Below, piece after piece: positions 47,361 through 57,255 of a stretch of 64,000 bases of DNA; position 1 is the first letter of the stretch; each line of letters opens with the position of its first letter. Under the pieces are notes generated by a model, which worked only from the letters and a program-made list of their open reading frames with translations, ran no database searches and was not told where the DNA came from. Source of the DNA: a virus; IMG/VR virus record IMGVR_UViG_3300023240_001094, positions 9,452-73,451 of that record, one strand, 5' to 3'. The translations under genes were made by a program, and so were the position numbers.

Positions 47361-47819
47361 TTAGTTACCGGCTTCGAACATACGCCATTTAATCATATTT
47401 CCGATTGTCTGGTGGCGCCATTTGATATTATCAACAATTTCAGTAAGTGTATCAACTAATATCTTTAGCTCAATTATTTCTTCTTCGGATTTCTGAATAT
47501 CAGTGTCTGCATCATAGTAGTAATCCATTTCACCCTTAAGAACCTTAAGTCCCTTAAATGGATCAAATTCCCATCCGCGAGACTGAATCTCTTCCTGAGT
47601 CATTTTACCATTATAATATAGCCATTTTGCTTTCAATAAAGTTTTCTGTGATGCCTGAGCCCGGCGATGCATCATCTTTGCTTCTGCTAAAAACGGAAGA
47701 TATTTTGCATGCAAAGACGGTGTTTGACGAGAAGCCTCATCAAGTGATTTTTTATCGATAACAGAGTCTTTTTCCCACATCGTGAGAACCGGTTCAATGT
47801 ATTTCATATTATACTCCAA
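47361..47819 (-). CDS. uvsY: recombination mediator
   Basis: PSLHAKY, KWLYYNGK and IGNMIKWRMFEAG. Confidence 0.92.
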   Translation of the reverse strand: MEYNMKYIEPVLTMWEKDSVIDKKSLDEASRQTPSLHAKYLPFLAEAKMMHRRAQASQKTLLKAKWLYYNGKMTQEEIQSRGWEFDPFKGLKVLKGEMDYYYDADTDIQKSEEEIIELKILVDTLTEIVDNIKWRHQTIGNMIKWRMFEAGN

Positions 47820-47842
47820 TTGCTTTGAGCAATTATACCATG

Positions 47843-48352
47843 TTATTCAGTGATTGTAAACGTTGTATAGTAAAATGTGATGGGGAACGTGATATATGTT
47901 ACATTATCAACTGTTGACTGAAAGTTAATTGATCCAACATTTGTTGGGAATGCTCCCTTATATGTGATCTTATCAATCTGATTGTTATGGCTACTTAGGA
48001 TCGACAGTGTAATATCATAGAACGTCGTGTCTTGATTTTCAGCTGTAATACTTGATGCGCTCTTTACATTTTGTTCTGCTGTGGATTTGATCCAGTTTAG
48101 CATCTCTTTGTATACATTCATATTCTCATCTACAATAGCATCTAAAGACAAAGCACCGTATTCAACTTTATCTCCTGGAAGCAATAGATTTGTTCCTCGG
48201 AATGGAGCAATTGCAGGCGATACAGACACATCAGGGTGTGTTACTGTTTGTGCAAAGAATTCTAGGTTTTTAAAGCGTTTTCTATTTACTACAAGCTTAA
48301 ATCCGTTTGGCTGTAAGAAATTCTGTGACTCTAGTATTGATGTGGTTGTCAT
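47843..48352 (-). CDS. gp3: tail completion / tube terminator protein
   Basis: NFLQPNGF, PGDKVEY, VDENMNVYKEM and FPT; late promoter at 48375-48382. Confidence 0.85.
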   Translation of the reverse strand: MTTTSILESQNFLQPNGFKLVVNRKRFKNLEFFAQTVTHPDVSVSPAIAPFRGTNLLLPGDKVEYGALSLDAIVDENMNVYKEMLNWIKSTAEQNVKSASSITAENQDTTFYDITLSILSSHNNQIDKITYKGAFPTNVGSINFQSTVDNVTYITFPITFYYTTFTITE

Positions 48353-48405
48353 GTATATACCTCGTTGTTACCACTATTTATATCGGAAAAATATCATTTT
48401 ATCTA

Positions 48406-48434
48406 TGTACATTCATCCTAGGCTATGGTATAAC
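48406..48434 (+). promoter_or_regulatory. early promoter TGTACA-N17-TATAAC
   Basis: Repeated motif followed by TATATCAAAAGGAGATACACAATG, as before ORF 15810. Confidence 0.8.
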
Positions 48435-48458
48435 AGTTATATCAAAAGGAGATACACA

Positions 48459-48686
48459 ATGCAATTTATGAAATTTCAATCTGACTTCGGAATCCATCGC
48501 GCGGTTAACTGTCCTGTTGAACTTGATATTATTGAGGTGACTAAATGTGCTCCTGGACGTGATGTTTGGCATACATTTGTTGTATCGACTGAAAAAACAT
48601 TTGATGAATTTCAAACTTGGTCCGATGCTGTTCGATTTGCAGAACATAAATTTGGTGTTAAATTTGACCTCGAGGGAAAAAAATAA
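48459..48686 (+). CDS. early hypothetical protein
   Basis: AGGAGA SD, starts MQFMKF. Confidence 0.7.
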   Translation: MQFMKFQSDFGIHRAVNCPVELDIIEVTKCAPGRDVWHTFVVSTEKTFDEFQTWSDAVRFAEHKFGVKFDLEGKK

Positions 48687-48886
48687 TGAAATATAAAGTA
48701 GAATGGAACCAATGGTATCGCTGTGGGTATCACGGAGATGATGCAGATTATGAAGTAGAACGCGCATATTTTAAAACTCTAGATGAGGCAAATGCATATG
48801 TGAATGAGCTTATTAGCGGTAAACGCCGCGGAACATATGATATGTCAGTGAACCGTGATGAAGTTAAAATTATAAAGGAAGATTAA
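48686..48886 (+). CDS. early hypothetical protein
   Basis: TAATG coupling; FKTLDEANAY motif. Confidence 0.7.
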   Translation: MKYKVEWNQWYRCGYHGDDADYEVERAYFKTLDEANAYVNELISGKRRGTYDMSVNRDEVKIIKED

Positions 48887-49066
48887 ATGCAAATTTCTAT
48901 GATGTATCGCGGGGTTTCTATATACAAGAATGGTGAAAACAAAAAACACGTTGCTTGCTTTTTGGATAAAAAGCTCGCTGAAAAATATGCAAAGCAGTGC
49001 ACCGGCTTGTCAAAATTTGATGACTTTAAAGTTGTCGAAAGCATTCTATATAGAGAGTTTGGTTAA
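48887..49066 (+). CDS. early hypothetical protein (59 aa, MQISMMYRG...)
   Basis: AAGGA SD, abuts the previous stop; not in the ORF track. Confidence 0.6.
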   Translation: MQISMMYRGVSIYKNGENKKHVACFLDKKLAEKYAKQCTGLSKFDDFKVVESILYREFG

Positions 49067-49100
49067 GAATAAAAAAAGGCAACCCGAAGGCTTAAGTATA

Positions 49101-49660
49101 TCAATATTCACTATATTTCTTATTAGGACTTTTACATCTGTGTGATATAGTGGTTCTATGAATTCTAGTTAATTTAGATGCTTCTGTGAGTGTTTCATAT
49201 GTGGAACCATCAATATAGACAGGTTGTGCTCTTGGGTTATCTTTGGGGTTATCTTTGCCTTTCATGATAGGAAGATGATGATTTCCCGCTGCAAATCTCT
49301 TTTGTATAACTTTGAAAGATGAGGCTTTGGTATGGAGTTTGCAATCCTTACGGCTTGCTTCTGTTTATCAGTTGGGGTTCTTCCATAAAATGGATTACCT
49401 TCTCCACTATTTTTATCTGACATTTTTTTCTTCCATGCCAAAGACTTGGGTTTCTTTTGCAGCTCTTTAATAGCTTCTGCTTTACTAACCTGTCCGAGTA
49501 ACATTCTACTGGCAACCAGGTCTTGATGCCATCCGTGTTTGTTGTATAAATCAAGATGAGCTTGTGCGTGTTCTTCAATTGTAAGTTCTACTAAATTTGA
49601 CGGATCGTCTGATCCACCCATATGCTTAGGAACTATGTGATGTTTGTGATATATAGTCAT
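49101..49660 (-). pseudogene. frameshifted HNH homing endonuclease (HNH + NUMOD3-like + NUMOD1-like)
   Basis: HKHHIVPKHMGGSDDPSNL; the -1 frame from about 49301 gives ...PVYIDGSTYETLTEASKLTRIHRTTISHRCKS. Confidence 0.8.
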
Positions 49661-49732
49661 GCTGGAACTTTCTTTCTTGTGTTTCTAGAGTAGTTGGATG
49701 TTGGTGCATCGTGAACTACATTTATATTTATA
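49661..49732 (-). ncRNA. late promoter plus a conserved structured leader of a homing endonuclease gene (copy 2)
   Basis: TATAAATA..GTAGTT-CAC-GATG-CACCAA-CATC-C-AACTAC-TCTAGAAAC...TTCCAG. Confidence 0.7.
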
Positions 49733-49753
49733 CCCATTGTTATCCACACGCAT

Positions 49754-49779
49754 AAAAAAAGAGCGCCGAAGCGCTCTTT
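49754..49779 (-). terminator. gp23 terminator
   Basis: AAAGAGCGC-cgaa-GCGCTCTTT with a U-run on -. Confidence 0.85.
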
Positions 49780-49812
49780 AGTTGAGTAACATTGTTACTT
49801 ATTTCTTGCTTA

Positions 49813-51129
49813 TTATGCAAGGATATTATCGACGCGAAATATGCGATAATATTGGTTAGTCTTAGCAGTTGCAAGACCGTCTGCAGGAGTAGCACCAACG
49901 AATGGGTTAGAAGCCATGCCGTAGCGTGTCTTGAAACCAATTTTAGGCTGGAACGTTTCCTCAGCAACGGCGCGAACCATTGTAAGCGGTACGTATGGGC
50001 AATAGAATACACCGGCGTCATATGGGTTTGTGCCCTTATAGCCTACGTTGATGTAATCTGTAGCAGCATATGGATCGATATAGATCTTCATGCGACCGTT
50101 AAGAACACCAGCGAATGTGTTGCCTGTATCGTCTACGTTAAGTGTTGTTGACATTGCAGGAGCATAGTCAAGCATACCTGAAGCTGCAAGAGCAGATGCT
50201 ACGTCTGAAGATACGATCGCAAAGTTACCTTTACCGCGTCTTGTTTCTTTAGCAATTACGTTTGCTTCACGCTCAAGCTGAAGAATAAGACCTTTGATCT
50301 TCTCTACGCTCCAACGACCATCCGCATCTGTTGACAAGTCAAAGATACCGTTGATTGCTGTGTTAGCTGTACCAGCACCAGTTTTAGCTTGGCTGTTGAT
50401 TGTACGGATAACTTCGCGGTTGATTTCTGCAAGAATCTCAGTTGAGAGAATGTTTGCAAGCTCTGTTTCAGCATCAAGACCGTGGATTGCTTTCAAGTCT
50501 TGTGCAAGTTCTAGGCTGTACTCAGCTTTCAACGCGCGTGATTTCGCAGTCACTGTCGCTTTTTCGATGGTGAAGCCCATCTCGTTGAATGAAGAACCAC
50601 CAGTTGAACCAAGTGCTTCGGCGTCAGTCGTTGGCATACCAGAAGCAACCGATGGACCTGTGCGATCATTGTTGATTGAGCTGTCTGAGTTGGAGTCTGT
50701 AAGACCAGCAAGACCTGATGGTCCACCAGTTTGTGTTACAGATGAGTCACCTGAGAACGCAGTGTTAGCTTCGTTGAAGAGAGCTTCTGTTGAGCTTGTT
50801 GAACCAGCACCGTAGCGTGATTTCATCGCAAAGATAAGACCAGTTGGGCCAGTCATTGGCTGAACGCCAGCAACATCATATGCCATCATGTTCGGCATTG
50901 CGCGGCGAACAAGTGAGATAAGAACTGGGTTCCAGTTAGCAGTGCCGCCGGTGTTGTTACCAGGTGCAGCTTCTGTAAGCATGTTGTTTTGAGCAGATTG
51001 TGAAGCGAATTCACGCTCTTGGTTCTCAAGAACAACTGCAGTTACGGCACGACGGTGAGCGTCTTTAATTTCTGTGCCTTCATTGAGAACTGGTGCCCAT
51101 TTCTCTGTTAGGTTATCGTATGTGTCCAT
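49813..51129 (-). CDS. gp23: major capsid protein
   Basis: GVQPMTGPTGLIFAM, AQDLKAIHGLDAE and FQPKIGFKTRYG. Confidence 0.98.
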   Translation of the reverse strand: MDTYDNLTEKWAPVLNEGTEIKDAHRRAVTAVVLENQEREFASQSAQNNMLTEAAPGNNTGGTANWNPVLISLVRRAMPNMMAYDVAGVQPMTGPTGLIFAMKSRYGAGSTSSTEALFNEANTAFSGDSSVTQTGGPSGLAGLTDSNSDSSINNDRTGPSVASGMPTTDAEALGSTGGSSFNEMGFTIEKATVTAKSRALKAEYSLELAQDLKAIHGLDAETELANILSTEILAEINREVIRTINSQAKTGAGTANTAINGIFDLSTDADGRWSVEKIKGLILQLEREANVIAKETRRGKGNFAIVSSDVASALAASGMLDYAPAMSTTLNVDDTGNTFAGVLNGRMKIYIDPYAATDYINVGYKGTNPYDAGVFYCPYVPLTMVRAVAEETFQPKIGFKTRYGMASNPFVGATPADGLATAKTNQYYRIFRVDNILA

Positions 51130-51141
51130 TGGAATTATTCC

Positions 51142-52074
51142 TTACTTCTGGGATTTTTTAATTGCGTTTACATATGCAGACATTGAGCCTGAAGTTTCGA
51201 TTTCGTCGTCGAATGATTCTTCAATTTCTTCTACATGTGATGCTGTGGTTTTCTTAGTGAAATATGATTCTTTGATAGTTTTCACTTTAGCGGAAAATGT
51301 TTCTTCTGATTCGAAGTCAAGGTCCTCAGCAAGGTTTGCCAATTTTTCTACTTCTGTTTCAGCAAGACCACGAGCGTGCTCACGGATGACTTCATAACGC
51401 TTGAATAGTTCAAGCTCAGATGTCATTTCGATTAGATCACTTGTCTGTTCGTTAAGTTTAGCTTCAAGAGCTTCAACCTGTTCAGCCAAATCATCAACTA
51501 GGTCTACTTTCTCGTCTGGAACTTCCACATAAGATTCTTCGAAAAGATCCTTAAGCTTTGACATAAACCCTTCTGCGATTTCAGAACGAAGACCGTTTTG
51601 AATTGCGAGTTTATTTTCTTCCATCCAATTTTCAACAACGTAGTTTAGGTAACCGTCAACTTTTTCGACTAGGTCGGTTTTAGTTGTTTCAATTTCCTCT
51701 TGAAGAGCTTCTGCATAGTTTTCTTCCATGCGAGCAACTTCTTCTTGGAGCTTAGAGTTAAGCGCCGCTTCGAAAATCAAACCAGCTTTAGCGCGGAAGC
51801 CCTCAGATAGAGTTGCTTCTTCGTTTACAAGTGCGTCAAGATCATCTGTGAAATCAATATCTTCAGCTTGTAGGCCAGATAGCTTTCCAGATGCTTTTAG
51901 ATCTGATTTATCAGAATTTTTCTTGTCGCCCTTACGAGCTGGCGCAGTTTTACCTGCATCTTCTGCTTTTTTAGTAGCAGCGATTGATTGATCTTCTGCA
52001 TTCTTTGGATCGTGAGCCTCAACAACATTCTCGTCATCATTGAGTTCAATATCCTGATTTACTTGATCAGTCAT
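51142..52074 (-). CDS. gp22: prohead core scaffold protein
   Basis: IFEAA, KVDGYLNYVVENWMEEN and IKESYF. Confidence 0.94.
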   Translation of the reverse strand: MTDQVNQDIELNDDENVVEAHDPKNAEDQSIAATKKAEDAGKTAPARKGDKKNSDKSDLKASGKLSGLQAEDIDFTDDLDALVNEEATLSEGFRAKAGLIFEAALNSKLQEEVARMEENYAEALQEEIETTKTDLVEKVDGYLNYVVENWMEENKLAIQNGLRSEIAEGFMSKLKDLFEESYVEVPDEKVDLVDDLAEQVEALEAKLNEQTSDLIEMTSELELFKRYEVIREHARGLAETEVEKLANLAEDLDFESEETFSAKVKTIKESYFTKKTTASHVEEIEESFDDEIETSGSMSAYVNAIKKSQK

Positions 52075-52084
52075 AATTGACTCC

Positions 52085-52741
52085 TTATTTGTTTTTCATT
52101 AACGAGAGGAAATTCTTAAATTCACGAACCTGTGTCTCATATAGATCCACACGAGGCGCTTTCTTAATTTCAGTCTCTATTCTCTCAATTTCCTGAGCTT
52201 CGATAATACCGTTATTCCATACCCATTCCACACCTTCCATAATGCCATTAACAAAAGCTTGTGGGGCAGATGGATCTTGGACGATGTCAATTGTATTCAA
52301 CATAAAGTCTTCTTTGACATACATAACGCCATTTCTATTCTCAAGGCTTCCCATACCACGAGTCGAAACACCTAGTTGCACACCACCTTCGAGTAGACCT
52401 TTAACAATCTGTCCCATTGGAGTATCCAATATACGTGCTTTACCCATCACATTATTTCCCTCAATTCTGAGGTCTGTAATAAGATGGGATACTTTATCTA
52501 AGTTAACAGTTGGACCATCAGGGTGGTTTAGTTCCCCAACTGCTCTCTTAGTTTTAACTTGGTCTGTGTAATACTTATTTACAGCACCTTCCATAACGTT
52601 CTTTGGATAGATGCGACCATTTCTGTTTTTGCCTTCGGACTGAGCAAAGATTCCTTCAATGATGTAGTTCTTAGATCCATCATCTTTCTTTTCTACTAGA
52701 CACTGGACGTCCGTCTCTGTGTATTCAGTGATAAGTTTCAT
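52085..52741 (-). CDS. gp21: prohead protease
   Basis: MKLITE, NRNGRIY, GELNHP, GVSTRGMGS and DPSAP. Confidence 0.96.
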   Translation of the reverse strand: MKLITEYTETDVQCLVEKKDDGSKNYIIEGIFAQSEGKNRNGRIYPKNVMEGAVNKYYTDQVKTKRAVGELNHPDGPTVNLDKVSHLITDLRIEGNNVMGKARILDTPMGQIVKGLLEGGVQLGVSTRGMGSLENRNGVMYVKEDFMLNTIDIVQDPSAPQAFVNGIMEGVEWVWNNGIIEAQEIERIETEIKKAPRVDLYETQVREFKNFLSLMKNK

Positions 52742-52965
52742 TTGCTTCCTGCCATTTTAATAAACTCATTTGCTGCTTTTTTTGCATCATTCAAAGATGA
52801 ATATGTATCCAACTTTTCATTATCAATGTAAGCAACAAACGAGTTCTTTTCTTTATGCACCATAACATTATAGCCTTTTACTTTGGCATCAAAAACGTGA
52901 GTGCCCTTAGGCATTCCTTTAATCTTTGCTTCTCTGATTTGGCTAAAATTTTTCATATGGTTCAC
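52738..52965 (-). CDS. small prohead core protein (gp68 position)
   Basis: MKNFSQIRE capsid-targeting-like start; late promoter at 52982-52989. Confidence 0.6.
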   Translation of the reverse strand: MNHMKNFSQIREAKIKGMPKGTHVFDAKVKGYNVMVHKEKNSFVAYIDNEKLDTYSSLNDAKKAANEFIKMAGSK

Positions 52966-53007
52966 TTTATGTATTCTGTATTATTTATATAGATTTAGAT
53001 CTTAAGA

Positions 53008-53253
53008 TCACTCGTCTTCATCATTTTCTTCATAATGATCTTCAGCCGCATCTTCAAGATCTTCGTCGGTAATCTCATCATCAATAGCATCTTGCCAGAT
53101 ACCCTGAGCAACTGCTACCTTTTCTTGCTCAAGAGCATGATGAACTTTACTCATTAATACATCGTTAAACACGTCATTGGCTTTATTAAATTCTGCATTG
53201 GCTGCAAAATCAATCATGTTCTCAAGTGGGTTTGTTTGTTCTACTTCACTCAT
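53008..53253 (-). CDS. acidic prohead core protein (gp67 position)
   Basis: Directly after portal; very acidic. Confidence 0.65.
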   Translation of the reverse strand: MSEVEQTNPLENMIDFAANAEFNKANDVFNDVLMSKVHHALEQEKVAVAQGIWQDAIDDEITDEDLEDAAEDHYEENDEDE

Positions 53254-53304
53254 ATTATATTCCTATTTATCTACTTTAATATTGATGTTGTGGTTTTGCC
53301 CATC

Positions 53305-54840
53305 TTATTTTTCAGGGGTATCATTTTCATCTTGTTTTTGGTCATTAAATTCGTCAGCTTCGTCTTGCGCAGGAGCTTCGGAATCAATTTGTTTTGTCAT
53401 GTGTTTAATGTCTTCATCGTTAAACTGAAGTACGTTACGCATAACCCATTCTTTAGAAAAGAACTCGCCAATATAATTCTGAACTTGATCAAGAGACTGT
53501 AGTCTTTCCCTCAGTAACTCAGCGTCCTTTAATTCAGTGAAATGGTTATCACGCCTGAATTCAAACTGGATCATATTGGAATTTTCATCCCAATCTTCCT
53601 CGGTAATGATGTTCTTAAGAATAAGTTGTTTTTTTAGAATTTCTCTAAACAACATTGAAAAGCGTTTGCGTAATCTATCAATAAACTTCTGGAATTTTAG
53701 CTCATCGCGCGAAATCTCAGTGGAGCGACCAATATTGAATTGGCCTTCTTGTTCAAGTCTACCAATAGGAACATTCAGTGATTTATATAGGCGTTTTTGG
53801 AAATACAGAATGTCATCAATTTGTCCGAGGTTTTCACCACCAGGTAGAGTTGAAATTTCTGTACCTCTTCCACCTTCACGTCGTGGAAGCCAGAAGTCTT
53901 CAAGCATAGACATATGCTTGCGGTCATCTTTAATAGCACCAGTGCTTGCATCATAGACAAGTTTGTTTCTGTATCTTGACATAATGCCTTTCATATATTC
54001 TTCTGACTTACCTTTTGGTAGGTTGCCAACATCAATATAAAAGATTCTGCGTTCTGGTGCACGAGCGAGACGATAGATTACCAGTGAATCTTCCATCATG
54101 CGCAACTGGTTAATAGGCTTCAGTGCTTTATGTAGATACGAAACAACATGTTTATGTGATGCGTCAAGCAATCCCGACGTTGAATATACGACCGAATCCT
54201 TTGTTAGCTTAATGCCACTATTCTGTTGACCAGGTTTTTCCTGGTAGATATAATATTCGCTTTGTCCCTCGATAATATTAGCGCCAGTAATTGGATCTTT
54301 TTTCTTAATGATCTCTTTTACTTTACGAATCTTTGCGGCGTCAATAGGGCGAATATCAAGAATGCCCGCAGACGGGTTTTTATCATCAACTACAAGGTGG
54401 AAATTATGTCTCCCATCGATGTACCATTTTCTAAAAATATCATGGCCTAGGTCATTAAACCTGAGCATGTATAGAATGTCGTCAAATTCCTCTTGGATTT
54501 TTCCTTTAATGCCATCGGATAGCTTTACCTTATCCATATCTAGGTTGACTGAGATTTCACTCCCACCAGAAACAGCTTCGTTAACGATATCTTCAATAGC
54601 CGCATCAACTTCAGGGTGCATCGCGACACCCCGGTATTTTTGAATAAGAGTGGCATTGTCTTTGGATTTATCGCCGTCCAAATCGACGTATTGTCCGTAA
54701 TGCCCACCGGAAGCAGAAACGTAGCCTGCACCATCTTCATCCACTGCTGGAACGATCGAGCGCATTTTCTTTTCGTCATTTTCTTGTTTTTTAGATCGAC
54801 TAATTTCAAATCCAAAAAGCTTTATTGTATTTTCGGCCAT
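53305..54840 (-). CDS. gp20: portal protein
   Basis: YRLARAPERRIFYIDVGNLP and EDFWLPRREGGRGTEISTLPGG. Confidence 0.98.
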   Translation of the reverse strand: MAENTIKLFGFEISRSKKQENDEKKMRSIVPAVDEDGAGYVSASGGHYGQYVDLDGDKSKDNATLIQKYRGVAMHPEVDAAIEDIVNEAVSGGSEISVNLDMDKVKLSDGIKGKIQEEFDDILYMLRFNDLGHDIFRKWYIDGRHNFHLVVDDKNPSAGILDIRPIDAAKIRKVKEIIKKKDPITGANIIEGQSEYYIYQEKPGQQNSGIKLTKDSVVYSTSGLLDASHKHVVSYLHKALKPINQLRMMEDSLVIYRLARAPERRIFYIDVGNLPKGKSEEYMKGIMSRYRNKLVYDASTGAIKDDRKHMSMLEDFWLPRREGGRGTEISTLPGGENLGQIDDILYFQKRLYKSLNVPIGRLEQEGQFNIGRSTEISRDELKFQKFIDRLRKRFSMLFREILKKQLILKNIITEEDWDENSNMIQFEFRRDNHFTELKDAELLRERLQSLDQVQNYIGEFFSKEWVMRNVLQFNDEDIKHMTKQIDSEAPAQDEADEFNDQKQDENDTPEK

Positions 54841-54863
54841 TACTATTTCCTATTACTTAAGTA

Positions 54864-54887
54864 AGATTAGGCCCAAAGGCCTAATCT
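54864..54887. terminator. hairpin after gp19
   Basis: AGATTAGGCC-caaa-GGCCTAATCT. Confidence 0.6.
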
Positions 54888-54904
54888 ATTAGTATATATC
54901 AATC

Positions 54905-55432
54905 TTAAGAAGTCGTATTAGATTCCCAATACTGAACTTGGAATTCAACCTGGAATCTTTCGATGTCATCGTTTGTTCCATAATTGAGATCAATTGGCGA
55001 AACATTAGTAGGGAAGCAACCACGGAAGTTGTATGTCTTCAATACAGATTCATCTCTGTCCAATTGGTCAATCACAAGATCAACCTGGTAATCAACAGGG
55101 GTTGTAAGACCAGTGTTTGCTCTGTGTGCATTAATACCGTTCATCCAACGTTCCATTGAGTCACGAACTTTAAAGTCTGTGTCGTTAATGATTGTTGGTG
55201 TCCACGTGTCAAACGTACGATCACCCGCAATTTTAAGTTGTCTACCACGGAATGGGATAGTGATTGTTCCCATAATTGAACCAGGTAGTTGTGCAGCCTC
55301 GCAAAGGAACGATGTAATTTCTACATCGCCCTGTGCATAAGCTGGAAAGTTGATTGTTGCCTTAAAGAGGTTAGGTCGTGCACCGCCACCTTTTAACTTG
55401 GCTTTAAAATCGTCTACTCCAAGAATAGCCAT
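54905..55432 (-). CDS. gp19: tail tube protein
   Basis: GGARPNLF, GRQLKIAGDRTFDTW and IINDTDF. Confidence 0.96.
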   Translation of the reverse strand: MAILGVDDFKAKLKGGGARPNLFKATINFPAYAQGDVEITSFLCEAAQLPGSIMGTITIPFRGRQLKIAGDRTFDTWTPTIINDTDFKVRDSMERWMNGINAHRANTGLTTPVDYQVDLVIDQLDRDESVLKTYNFRGCFPTNVSPIDLNYGTNDDIERFQVEFQVQYWESNTTS

Positions 55433-55453
55433 ATTATTTTCTCCTAACGTCTA

Positions 55454-57178
55454 TTATACTGAGCCAACAACTTCTTCAAACTCAACACCGGTTCTAACAG
55501 CAACAAAGTTAAGTGTAACAAAGTTGATTGAACGTGCTGGTTTAATGAAGATGCTTGCAATGAATTCGTTTCTGTCAATTACCGCAGCTGTGTTATTTGT
55601 ACTGTCGCACACTACACGGAAATCAGTAATACCACGCCGACCTTGAATTTCTCTTAAGAATGGCTCAACGATATTCGTGAATTCAGCGCGAGTAAACTCA
55701 TCGTTAAATTCGAACATTACGTTACGCGCAGCAAGTGCAATAGCTCTTTCAAGAACAAGAAACAATCTACGAACGTTAATGCGATCAAACGCTGATGGGC
55801 GAGCCATATGTGTCTTATCACCATAAAGAAGAATGCCTTGACCCGGAAGGTTAGCAATTGGGTTAACACTGTTTCTATAGAGAAGATCTCTCTCAGTTTT
55901 ATTCGGCGTATATTCAAGAGCCGTGACACCTAGATACATGCCGCGCCTTTGGCCTGCTGGTGAATACCAAGCAGCTTGGTCATTATCTGACGAAGCCATG
56001 ATACCTGCAGTTGAAGAAGCAGCTGGAATCTTGATGTACTGATCGTTGTACTTGTCATATACTTTGAGATAGTTGTTATCGTTAAACAGATACGAAGAAT
56101 ATGTGAATGTCTTTGCGCCGGCAATGATATCAGCATTTGGTGTTGAAGTCGTGATAATGTCATTGCGCGCAGGTGATGCAATTACAACACAATCTTTACG
56201 CGTGCTTTGAGCGATAGAAACAAGATCATTAACCACTGTGGTCTGATCTGTTCTTGAGACCATTCCAGGAGCAATTAGGAAATCAACCTGAATATTGTCA
56301 ACATCTTCAAATTTATCAAAACCTGTTGCATATTCAGATGTTGTAAGAGCTAAACTGTTTTCTCCGTTGTCAAAGGTAATATTGACAGCAGCTGGAGTAC
56401 CCAACTTATAGTCTCGGCTGTTAATAGCAACCAGTCCGGCATTAGAACTAAACTTAGAATTTGAACCAAATCCAGCTAACCAAACATAATTGGATCTATT
56501 ATTGATAACGTCTTTAACGTAATTTGATGTGCCATCAGGTGCTTTTGCATCAGATGCTAGAGATACAAACGGGAAAGTTTCTAGAACTGTCCCACGTGTT
56601 CCTGTAATAACACCTTCAGCATCAATAACCACAACGTGCATTTCATCGTTTGATGCACCGGCTGCTTGAGCATGTGACGACGTTGTTGGAGCACCGTCAA
56701 AACTAGCTTCATATGTCCATCCAGTAAATGCTACATCATCAGCAGAATCAACAGCCCCTAGGATAGAAACTTTAATTGATGAGCCAATCTCACCTGGATA
56801 TTTTGCAATAAACGTGTGACCGTCCGAATCAAGACCTGATTCTTGGTTAACAAAGTGTTCTTCATTGTTAACTACTGCTGACGCTGTTACATCACTGTCT
56901 GCAGCGTTTTGTGCATCGTCTGTTGCTCCACGAACAACATATAGTGAATTTGAATAGCGCAAGAAGTATGCTGCACTATGGAAGTCGATTGAATTTGTTT
57001 TGTTTGGATTACTAAATACTGAAACCAATCCTGCTTCGTCTGAAACTAAAATAGGGGAATCGACTGGACCCCAATTAAAGTTACCAACAAAGGCACCTGT
57101 TGTTGAACCTACGTTCGGAACAACGCCGGTAAGATCGATCTCTTTAACGGTAATCGCTGGAGATTCTGATACTGCCAT
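55454..57178 (-). CDS. gp18: tail sheath protein
   Basis: SPAITVKEID, WYSPAG, FDRINVRRLF and IKPARSINF. Confidence 0.97.
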   Translation of the reverse strand: MAVSESPAITVKEIDLTGVVPNVGSTTGAFVGNFNWGPVDSPILVSDEAGLVSVFSNPNKTNSIDFHSAAYFLRYSNSLYVVRGATDDAQNAADSDVTASAVVNNEEHFVNQESGLDSDGHTFIAKYPGEIGSSIKVSILGAVDSADDVAFTGWTYEASFDGAPTTSSHAQAAGASNDEMHVVVIDAEGVITGTRGTVLETFPFVSLASDAKAPDGTSNYVKDVINNRSNYVWLAGFGSNSKFSSNAGLVAINSRDYKLGTPAAVNITFDNGENSLALTTSEYATGFDKFEDVDNIQVDFLIAPGMVSRTDQTTVVNDLVSIAQSTRKDCVVIASPARNDIITTSTPNADIIAGAKTFTYSSYLFNDNNYLKVYDKYNDQYIKIPAASSTAGIMASSDNDQAAWYSPAGQRRGMYLGVTALEYTPNKTERDLLYRNSVNPIANLPGQGILLYGDKTHMARPSAFDRINVRRLFLVLERAIALAARNVMFEFNDEFTRAEFTNIVEPFLREIQGRRGITDFRVVCDSTNNTAAVIDRNEFIASIFIKPARSINFVTLNFVAVRTGVEFEEVVGSV

Positions 57179-57255
57179 GACTCTTTTCCTTTGAGTTAAA
57201 TTATAAGCTATTCATAATACGGATTTTCAATTATTACTATTTATACTAAACCCAT

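Noticed and set aside
48081-48458. 5' extension of the 201-aa plus-strand ORF
   Set aside because: Antisense to gp3; the promoter and SD point to the ATG at 48459
53266-53307. Stop-codon readthrough extension of portal (DGQNHNINIKVDK)
   Set aside because: Only 13 codons; a simple nonsense change or chance explains it
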